Shown here: one piece after another, positions 57,523 to 64,000 of the stretch | How positions within the stretch are numbered: the first letter of the stretch is position 1 | Layout of the letters: each line of letters starts with the position of its first letter | DNA from: Parcubacteria bacterium C7867-005 | Lineage (GTDB): Bacteria; Patescibacteriota; Minisyncoccia; Phycocordibacterales; Zambryskibacteraceae | NCBI GenBank assembly: GCA_001189165.1 | Contig: LFCO01000003.1 | Location: 126,984 to 190,983, forward strand | Direction of reading: 5' to 3' | Length of the DNA stretch: 64,000 nt | Made by a program: the position numbers and the translations under genes | The notes under the pieces: generated by a model | What the model saw: the letters and a program-made list of their open reading frames with translations, nothing else | Databases searched by the model: none | What the model was told of the DNA's origin: nothing

Positions 57523-57559
57523 TCCGGTTGATACAGCAAGACTGCATTCAGAAAATAAA

Positions 57560-58177
57560 ATGAAATTCCTTCTAGCCAAAAAAGTAAATATGACCCAGGT
57601 GTTCGATGAAAAGGGGATGACCTATCCAGTCACCGTCCTTTTGGCTACCCCGAACACGGTCATCGCACTCAAAGATGTGACCAGAGATGGATACAAAGCA
57701 GTTCAAGTAGGTTTTGGTGAAAAGCGCGAGAAGAATATCACTAAGCCAAGACTTGGACAGATGGGCGGTGCAAAACATTCTCATCTCAGAGAATACAGAA
57801 CGGATGATGCTGACTTGGCTCTAAAGGTCGGAGATGCACTCGACCTCACTCAATTCAAGGAAGGGGACACTGTATCTGTCATGGCAATCTCCAAAGGTAA
57901 GGGTTTCCAGGGCGTTGTTAAGAGACACAAGTTCAAAGGTGGACGCCGTTCACACGGTCAGAAGCACTCTGAGCGTGAGCCGGGTTCTATCGGTGGAGGA
58001 GGTCGTGCAGGAGGTCGTGTAGCCAAAGGTATGCGCATGGCTGGTAGAATGGGAGGCGATCGTGTTACAGTATCAAACCTAAAAGTGATCAAAGTTTTGC
58101 CTGAGACAGGCGAGATCATGATCCATGGCGCAGTCCCCGGACGAAGAGGAACAGTGGTAGAGATCAAATCAAAATAA
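57560..58177 (+). CDS. rplC: 50S ribosomal protein L3
   Basis: Canonical L3 (KGKGFQGVVKRHKFKGG). Confidence 0.95.
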   Translation: MKFLLAKKVNMTQVFDEKGMTYPVTVLLATPNTVIALKDVTRDGYKAVQVGFGEKREKNITKPRLGQMGGAKHSHLREYRTDDADLALKVGDALDLTQFKEGDTVSVMAISKGKGFQGVVKRHKFKGGRRSHGQKHSEREPGSIGGGGRAGGRVAKGMRMAGRMGGDRVTVSNLKVIKVLPETGEIMIHGAVPGRRGTVVEIKSK

Positions 58178-58182
58178 ATTTT

Positions 58183-58914
58183 ATGGAAGCCAAGGTCTAT
58201 ACAATCAAAGCCAAAGAGGCAAATACCATCTCACTCCCAGAGGGCCTCTTCGGTTTGAATTGGAATTCAGACTTGGTTCACCAGGTGGCTACTTCACTTG
58301 AATCTGCAAAGCGTAAGCCAATAGCTCATACTAAAAACCGAAGCGAAGTTCGCGGAGGAGGCAAGAAACCTTGGCAGCAGAAGGGTACTGGACGTGCTAG
58401 ACACGGTTCTATCCGCTCACCACTTTGGGTTGGTGGAGGTATAACTCACGGTCCAAGAAACGAAAAAAACTTTGACCGCAAGGTTTCAAAGAAAATGAAA
58501 GCCAAGGCTTTCTACACCATCCTCTCGAGGAAGTTCAAAGATGGCGAGATACTCTTTGTAGACTCTATCGCTCTATCTATGCCCAAAACCAAAGAAGCTA
58601 TCGGCGCACTCAAAGGACTCTCCGGTGTTAAGGGATTTGAAAATCTTTTCACCAAGAAAAACAATTCTGCTATCATCGCCCTCGCAGACAAAAACCAAAA
58701 TGTAGAACGCTCTATGTCTAACCTCGGTAACATGGAAGTGCTCGAAGCTCGTAACCTCCATCCACTTGCTTTGCTCAAATATAAATATCTCATCATCGAA
58801 AACCCAAGCAAATCACTCGAACTTCTCCCAGGAAATAATATTTTTGCCAAAGAGAAAGTAGCTAAGGTAGCAAAGAAGACAACTACTAAGGCCAAGAAAG
58901 TAGTCAAAGCATAA
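58183..58914 (+). CDS. rplD: 50S ribosomal protein L4
   Basis: KPWQQKGTGRARHGSIRSPLWVGGG motif. Confidence 0.95.
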   Translation: MEAKVYTIKAKEANTISLPEGLFGLNWNSDLVHQVATSLESAKRKPIAHTKNRSEVRGGGKKPWQQKGTGRARHGSIRSPLWVGGGITHGPRNEKNFDRKVSKKMKAKAFYTILSRKFKDGEILFVDSIALSMPKTKEAIGALKGLSGVKGFENLFTKKNNSAIIALADKNQNVERSMSNLGNMEVLEARNLHPLALLKYKYLIIENPSKSLELLPGNNIFAKEKVAKVAKKTTTKAKKVVKA

Positions 58915-58915
58915 T

Positions 58916-59209
58916 ATGAAAACTGCACCGATAAACAACACCACAGTGCTCAAAAGACCTCGTATCACCGAGAAGGCGGCTTTGAAGGCGGACAGTATGA
59001 ACGTTTACACTTTTGAAGTGAACAAAGATGCGACCAAGAAGCAGGTTATAGCCAGTATCAAAGATGCATACAAAGTCACTCCAAAGAGTGTCAGACTACT
59101 CGCGATCCCTCGCAAAGAAGTTTTCCGCAGGGGCAAGAGTGGTGTGACCGGTGGAGGCAAAAAAGCCTATGTGTACCTAAAGAAGGGCGATAAGATCGAA
59201 GTAATGTAA
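58916..59209 (+). CDS. rplW: 50S ribosomal protein L23
   Basis: Canonical L23; S10-operon order. Confidence 0.95.
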   Translation: MKTAPINNTTVLKRPRITEKAALKADSMNVYTFEVNKDATKKQVIASIKDAYKVTPKSVRLLAIPRKEVFRRGKSGVTGGGKKAYVYLKKGDKIEVM

Positions 59210-59213
59210 TTTT

Positions 59214-60053
59214 ATGAAACGATACAGACCAACATCTCCATCCAAAAGACAGGAATCAAAAGTTGAATTCAAAAAATTCATCACTAAATCCGAACCTTTA
59301 AAATCCTTGACCAAAGGTTTTCGTCGAGCGAACGGACGCAACAACACTGGGCGTATTACCACTCGCCACAAAGGAGGCGGACACAAGAGACTCTTTAGAG
59401 ATATAGATTTTACATACAACAAGATAGACGTGCCTTTCACTGTTAAGACAGTCGAATATGATCCAAACAGATCTGGATTCATCGGTCTCGTCGCTTATAA
59501 AGACGGAGAGAGACGATATGCACTTCTACACAAGAGTGCTCGAGTAGGAGATGTATACATCGCCTCAGAAACTGCACCGATCACTCCGGGGAACAGACTC
59601 CCATTGTCCAAGATCACTGTCGGTACTTTTGTTTACAACGTAGAGCTCAAGCCAAGAGGTGGAGCCAAGATCGCTCGTTCGGGTGGTAACTATGTAGAAG
59701 TTGTTGCCAAGGATGGTGGCTATGTAGACCTGAAGATGCCTTCAAGCGAAGTTCGCAAAGTTCTAGAGACTGCTTGGGCCACTGTCGGTGAAGTATCAAA
59801 TGATGAGAACAGACTGACTAACCTCGGCAAGGCGGGGAGGTCTCGTTGGCTCGGTATCCGTCCAACGGTCCGTGGTACAGCGATGAACCCAGTAGACCAC
59901 CCACACGGCGGAGGAGAGGGCAGACAGGGTCGAGGACGCAGAAGGGCTATCTCTATCTACGGCAAGCCAACAGGCAAAGGACAGAAGTCTCGCCGTTCAA
60001 AGAAATATTCAAACAAACATATTGTCCGCAGACGAAAAGTCGGCAAGAAATAA
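59214..60053 (+). CDS. rplB: 50S ribosomal protein L2
   Basis: GRNNTGRITTRHKGGGHKR and PHGGGEGR motifs. Confidence 0.95.
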   Translation: MKRYRPTSPSKRQESKVEFKKFITKSEPLKSLTKGFRRANGRNNTGRITTRHKGGGHKRLFRDIDFTYNKIDVPFTVKTVEYDPNRSGFIGLVAYKDGERRYALLHKSARVGDVYIASETAPITPGNRLPLSKITVGTFVYNVELKPRGGAKIARSGGNYVEVVAKDGGYVDLKMPSSEVRKVLETAWATVGEVSNDENRLTNLGKAGRSRWLGIRPTVRGTAMNPVDHPHGGGEGRQGRGRRRAISIYGKPTGKGQKSRRSKKYSNKHIVRRRKVGKK

Positions 60054-60059
60054 AAAACA

Positions 60060-60085
60060 AAACTCGCCCTCAGGCGGGTTTTTTG
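60060..60085 (+). terminator. Rho-independent terminator immediately after rplB
   Basis: ctcgcc-ctca-ggcggg hairpin followed by tttttt. Confidence 0.55.
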
Positions 60086-60098
60086 GTATATTCAAGGC

Positions 60099-60620
60099 AT
60101 GCAACAACTTGATAAAAAAGCAGTCTGGTTATTTTTTATAGGCTCTATGTTTGGATGGGTCTTCTTTGGAGTTTTTCTCTCTATCTGGGGGGCCAGTATC
60201 TCTGGTGAGATGTTTAGCGGTTCGATGACTTTTAACGGACAGCCAGTGAACCCGTTAGCGTTTATGTGGTTTGCAGTAAAAACTGTTGTCGCTCTGCTCT
60301 TAATCCTCTCTTATATTTGGGCACGTCTCTCGTATCGTTTTTATAGATACGAACTCAGAGATAATGGATTCAGGAAGGAGTCAGGCGTGATCTATAAAAG
60401 TTATGTCACCATACCTTATGACCGTATCCAGAATGTAGATGTGTATCGAGGAATCCTCGCACGCATGCTTGGGCTTTCTGATTTACATATCCAAACAGCG
60501 GGAGCAGGTACAATGCTCGGCGAAGGTAGACTACCAGGCCTTTCACATGAGGTCGCAGAACAACTCCGAGATGAACTCATCAACCGTTCACGTGCCTCTA
60601 GAACGGGCCAGGGTTTATAG
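60099..60620 (+). CDS. Bacterial PH-domain (bPH_2 / YdbS-like) membrane protein
   Basis: Two N-terminal TM helices then PH-like region (YRYELRDNGFRKESGVIYKSYVTIPYDRIQNVDVYRGILARMLGLSDLHIQTAG). Confidence 0.75.
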   Translation: MQQLDKKAVWLFFIGSMFGWVFFGVFLSIWGASISGEMFSGSMTFNGQPVNPLAFMWFAVKTVVALLLILSYIWARLSYRFYRYELRDNGFRKESGVIYKSYVTIPYDRIQNVDVYRGILARMLGLSDLHIQTAGAGTMLGEGRLPGLSHEVAEQLRDELINRSRASRTGQGL

Positions 60621-60624
60621 TTGA

Positions 60625-60778
60625 CTTTCCTCAAATTTGGTATAAAGTAGGGCACGTAAGGTCAAAGACAGAAGGTGGCGCAAGCCTTAATCATGCCTTC
60701 CGAGATCACTCTCAAACGCACTTCGGTGTAGTCGAGACCTTATAGAGGTCGTTTTTTTTGTTCGTTAATTTATAAATT
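60625..60778 (+). promoter_or_regulatory. Ribosomal protein L10 leader region with promoter-like TTGACT...TATAAA and an attenuator hairpin
   Basis: Structured 150-nt leader before rplJ ending in gacct-tatag-aggtc followed by eight T, consistent with the L10(L12)4 autoregulatory leader of Gram-positive-type genomes. Confidence 0.5.
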
Positions 60779-61267
60779 ATGGCAATATCAAGAGCCAAAA
60801 AAGGAGAGATAGTAGACAAGCTTCAAGGAGCCCTCAAGGGTGCCAAGTCGCTCGTCTTCGTCAACTTTCATGGCCTCAAGGTTTCTGATGCCACAGCCAT
60901 GCGCCGTTCCCTCAAAGCAGAGGGCGTCTCATACGCAGTGACAAAGAAATCTTTGACCAAACGAGTATTAGCTGATGAGAAATTCGAAGGCACTTTGCCT
61001 GAACTCACCGGCGAACTCGCGATGGCTTGGTCAGACGACCTGATCGCACCAGCGAGAGGCGTCTATGGTTACCAAAAGAAATTCCCAGAGGGCCTCAAGA
61101 TCCTCGGCGGAGTTTTCGAAGGCCGCTACATGACTAAGGCAGAGATGGAAGGAATCGCCACGATCCCTACCACCAATGTTCTACGAGGAATGTTTGTTAA
61201 CATCATAAATTCTCCAATACAGCGTTTCGCGATCGCGCTCGGTCAGATTGCAGAGAAGAAAGCTTAG
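60779..61267 (+). CDS. rplJ: 50S ribosomal protein L10
   Basis: Canonical L10 N-terminus (KKGEIVDKLQGALKGAKSLVFVNFHGLKV). Confidence 0.95.
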   Translation: MAISRAKKGEIVDKLQGALKGAKSLVFVNFHGLKVSDATAMRRSLKAEGVSYAVTKKSLTKRVLADEKFEGTLPELTGELAMAWSDDLIAPARGVYGYQKKFPEGLKILGGVFEGRYMTKAEMEGIATIPTTNVLRGMFVNIINSPIQRFAIALGQIAEKKA

Positions 61268-61293
61268 TCAGTTATCAGTAACAAATTAATACA

Positions 61294-61698
61294 ATGGATG
61301 AAACAAAAGTTGCTACAGAAGAAGTAGCAGTCCCTGCCAAGTTCGCGAAGATCGTGAAGGAGATCGAAGAGATGTCCGTCCTCGATTTGAACGAATTGGT
61401 CAAAATATTCGAAGCTAAGTTCGGAGTTTCTGCAGCCGCAGTCGCAGCAGGCCCTGCTGCAGGTGCCGCTCCAGCCGAAGAGGCCAAGAGCACAGTAGGC
61501 GTAGAGCTCACTGATGGTGGTGCGAATAAAATCGCGATCATCAAGATAGTCAAAGAAGTCCTCGCCCTTGGATTGAAAGAGGCCAAGGACCTCGTAGATG
61601 CAGCCCCTTCTATGCTCAAAGCAGATATGAAGATGGAAGAAGCTACAGAGCTTAAGAAGAAAATCGAAGAAGCCGGAGGCAAGGTTACTTTCAAGTAA
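61294..61698 (+). CDS. rplL: 50S ribosomal protein L7/L12
   Basis: Ala-rich hinge and C-terminal domain ([27 protein letters not shown]...[13 protein letters not shown]). Confidence 0.95.
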   Translation: MDETKVATEEVAVPAKFAKIVKEIEEMSVLDLNELVKIFEAKFGVSAAAVAAGPAAGAAPAEEAKSTVGVELTDGGANKIAIIKIVKEVLALGLKEAKDLVDAAPSMLKADMKMEEATELKKKIEEAGGKVTFK

Positions 61699-61720
61699 TA
61701 AACCCCCTAATTCTAGAATC

Positions 61721-61747
61721 AAAAACCCTGCTATTGCGGGGTTTTTG
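61721..61747 (+). terminator. Rho-independent terminator after rplL
   Basis: ccctgc-tatt-gcgggg hairpin followed by ttttt. Confidence 0.55.
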
Positions 61748-61809
61748 ATTGGACTACGCACCTTTTGGGCGAGGTAGTCAATTAGTGCAGGAGGGGCTTT
61801 CTATGTAGA

Positions 61810-62379
61810 ATGGGCAAAAAGATGAAATCGGTATCCCACATATTTGGAGGAGAGGCCAAGGTCAAGATAATGCGTCTTTTCATATTTAACCCAGAGACTA
61901 TTTATGACACGAATACTGTCTCTGAACGCTCCCAAGAAAATCGAACATTGGTTGCGCGCGAACTCCGCAAACTCGGACAGTCTGGACTCATTAGAAAAAA
62001 GAGTAAAGGTTGGGCTCTAAACCCTTCGTATCCGTACATCAAAGCACTAGAACATTTCTTTATTGATGCTAGTCCGATAACTGAAAAAGAAATCGTAAAG
62101 AAATTATCCAGAGCGGGGACAATCAAACTGGTTTTAATTTCTGGAGTTTTCCTACACGACACCGAGGCGAGGGTAGATTTATTGGTAGTAGGGGATCATC
62201 TAAAGAGGGGTTTGCTCGTCCATGCCATAGGCAGCATAGAGGCAGTTTTAGGAAGGGAGATACGCTACGCTTCCTTTGAGACAGCAGATTTTCAATACAG
62301 ATTAGGGCTATACGACAAGCTAGTTAGGGATATCCTCGACTTTAACCACAAAAAGATCGTCAACAAGCTCGCAGTGTAG
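61810..62379 (+). CDS. Hypothetical protein with possible N-terminal winged-helix region
   Basis: 189 aa; RLFIFNPETIYDTNTVSERSQENRTLVARELRKLGQSGLIRKK looks like a wHTH; no catalytic motif recognised. Confidence 0.45.
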   Translation: MGKKMKSVSHIFGGEAKVKIMRLFIFNPETIYDTNTVSERSQENRTLVARELRKLGQSGLIRKKSKGWALNPSYPYIKALEHFFIDASPITEKEIVKKLSRAGTIKLVLISGVFLHDTEARVDLLVVGDHLKRGLLVHAIGSIEAVLGREIRYASFETADFQYRLGLYDKLVRDILDFNHKKIVNKLAV

Positions 62380-62509
62380 CTTTCCTATCCACAGGCCATC
62401 TCAAAAAACCTTTAAATACTAGTGCGAGGTGTATAATAAGTTATACCCCTATTTGAGTGGTAACAATTATAAGTAAAGTGCATTTGCACGAGCTTTCAGT
62501 CAAGAATAT

Positions 62510-63205
62510 ATGATTATGAATACTTGGGGACAGATTTTGACAGCTTCGTTCCAAGATCTTTGGTACGGAGTTATTAACTTTGTTCCAAACTTGGTAGTCG
62601 CTATTATCATCGTTGTTTTAGGATGGCTCATCGGCGCACTCTTTGGTCGAGCTATCTGGCAGGTGTTCCGTTCACTTCGCGTGGACGAAGCTCTTCGCCG
62701 AGCAGGATTTGAGACATTCCTCCGCAGAGGAGGCTTGAACCTCGATTCTGGTGCTTTCATCGGTGGTTTGGTCAAGTGGTTTGTGATCTTGGTTTTCCTC
62801 ATGGCTTCATTCGAAGTTTTGGGTCTAGATCAAGTTAACCTCTTCCTCAAAGATGTGGTTATCGCTTACCTTCCTCGTGTGATCGTAGCTGCCCTCATAC
62901 TCCTAGTTGGAGGTGTGATCGGTGACATAACAGATCGTGTTGTTGTCACTGCAGCTAAGACAGCCGAAGTTAGATCAGCTCATTTCTCTGGCACAGTAGC
63001 CAAGTGGGCAATCTGGATTGTCGCTCTCCTCGCCGCTCTTTCACAGCTCGGCATTGCAGCAGCATTCAGCCAGACACTCTTTACTGGAGTAGTTATCGCC
63101 ATCTCTCTTGCCCTCGGCCTTTCATTCGGCCTCGGTGGTCAAGAAGCAGCAGGAAAGTTCCTAGAACGTCTTCGTGGAGACATGAGTGACAAGAACCACG
63201 GCTAA
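62510..63205 (+). CDS. Conserved TM-helix-repeat membrane protein (two internal repeats)
   Basis: Two similar TM pairs each followed by an amphipathic basic segment (GALFGRAIWQVFRSLRVDEALRRAG... and GDITDRVVVTAAKTAEVRSAHF...); host-like composition. Confidence 0.55.
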   Translation: MIMNTWGQILTASFQDLWYGVINFVPNLVVAIIIVVLGWLIGALFGRAIWQVFRSLRVDEALRRAGFETFLRRGGLNLDSGAFIGGLVKWFVILVFLMASFEVLGLDQVNLFLKDVVIAYLPRVIVAALILLVGGVIGDITDRVVVTAAKTAEVRSAHFSGTVAKWAIWIVALLAALSQLGIAAAFSQTLFTGVVIAISLALGLSFGLGGQEAAGKFLERLRGDMSDKNHG

Positions 63206-63240
63206 CCAGAGGTATCAGCTAGATAATACCGAGGATAGCT

Positions 63241-63270
63241 CAAAACCCCCGCTCTGGCGGGGGTTTTGTT
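63241..63270 (+). terminator. Rho-independent terminator
   Basis: cccccgc-tctg-gcggggg hairpin followed by tttt. Confidence 0.6.
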
Positions 63271-63309
63271 ATATGGCTCTATGTATGGATATTTGGTTCA
63301 TAAATCTCC

Positions 63310-63338
63310 TTGACAAAGGGGTTAGAGTATGCTACGAT
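63310..63338 (+). promoter_or_regulatory. Sigma70-like promoter P3 (TTGACA-17-TACGAT) driving the second foreign GC-rich ORF
   Basis: ttgaca 63310-63315, 17-nt spacer, tacgat 63333-63338; spacer/-10 nearly identical to P1 at 54901 (gg.t..ag-agtatgcta-Y-gat). Confidence 0.5.
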
Positions 63339-63402
63339 CAATACAGATAGGCGAATGCCTACTGCAGTACCTCTCATCTCTACTCCTTCAAGGAGCTCTT
63401 AC

Positions 63403-63982
63403 CGTGACGAGCATCGCACCGCAGGTTCGCATCGGCATCAATCTCGCCGATGAGGAGCACATCCTGTTCAAGATCACCCTCTCCAACAAGAGCCTGGTTC
63501 CCGCGGGCATCCGCGAGATCGAGCGCGAGTCGGACAAGGTCATCGACCGGCGTAACGCCGACAAGGCGATCGCCGCAGGCAACGCTCGTGTGGCGACGGT
63601 CGGACGAGTTCGTCCGGGACGTGTCGATACCGGCAAGCCGATCTTCCAGAACGTGGAGCGCGTGCGCGTTTCGCTCGTCCGGGGAATCCTGGCTCGCAAG
63701 GGCTTCCGCCTCGCCGACGCGCACTTCTTCGTTCGGAACGACGGCAAGGCCGTGCTCGTCCTCTCCCTCATGAAGGGACGGGACACGCTGGAGCTCCCGC
63801 GTGCGACGGTCGAGGCGATCCGGGCCATGGCCCGTGACAACGTCTGGACCGCGGACATGTGGGAGAACGTCGACAACGCGACCCTGAACTTCCGTGCGCG
63901 TCAGCAGGGTTCGGCGAAACAGTCGATCACGGTCGACGATGACATGCTCATGATGGTCGACGGCGACCTCGCGGTCGAGTAG
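63403..63982 (+). CDS. Compositionally foreign (very high GC3) hypothetical protein, about 193 aa, GTG start
   Basis: aaggag SD 8 nt upstream of GTG at 63403; codons almost uniformly G/C-ending; stop TAG at 63980-63982. Sequence after the stop continues to the window end, so a downstream partner gene cannot be excluded. Confidence 0.55.
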
Positions 63983-64000
63983 AGGAAGACGCCCGTACAT

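Noticed and set aside
63380-64000. 206-aa and 162-aa minus-strand ORFs and a 107-aa out-of-frame plus ORF in cassette B
   Set aside because: Same high-GC antisense artefact; only the 63403-63982 frame has an SD and a uniform G/C third-position pattern.
1-64000. CRISPR arrays, transposases, integrases, IS elements
   Set aside because: No direct-repeat/spacer periodicity and no transposase or integrase-like ORFs were found. The only recombinase is a XerC/D-type housekeeping enzyme next to rpsO.

Overview
AT-rich bacterial chromosome segment with reduced-genome, Patescibacteria/CPR-like features. Gene-dense throughout; no transposases, integrases, CRISPR arrays or rRNA genes seen. Main contents by coordinate: (i) 1-1795: replication-origin-proximal block, dnaA (partial, minus) divergent from rpmH-rnpA-yidC. 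(ii) 1.8-13.3 kb: an 11-gene minus-strand cluster encoding a Gram-positive/CPR-style type IV secretion-like apparatus (VirB4 ATPase in two ORFs, PrgI/VirB3-like, VirB6-like, a TrbC/VirB2-like pilin fused to an M15 cell-wall hydrolase, several secreted proteins). (iii) 13-32 kb: housekeeping genes (rsmA, uvrD/pcrA, LysM-M23 peptidase, comM/yifB, rpsO, xerC/D, nusA, ppa, tig, clpP, rny, hup, cca). (iv) 31.8-32.4 kb: four tRNAs (Arg?, Trp, Pro, Gly). (v) 33.0-33.3 kb: an unassigned structured-RNA-like locus. (vi) 34.7-42.1 kb: type IV pilus operon (large secreted protein, pilB, pilC, three prepilins). (vii) 42-51 kb: tpiA-pgk, HIT, recJ-rnhA, and a ComEC DNA-uptake channel split into separate channel and MBL-domain genes. 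(viii) 51.7-61.7 kb: ribosomal/translation operons rpsL-rpsG-fusA-tuf-rpsJ-rplC-rplD-rplW-rplB, a terminator, a PH-domain protein, then L10 leader-rplJ-rplL. Most unusual: two compositionally foreign, high-GC ORFs (54987-55634 and 63403-63982, the latter running toward the window end). Each has a host-style sigma70 promoter that shares the TCCTTGAC -35 context with the tuf promoter and has a near-identical spacer/-10 region in the other cassette, an SD and (for the first) its own terminator, inserted into intergenic spaces of the ribosomal superoperon. They have no recognisable homology that I can assign from sequence alone.
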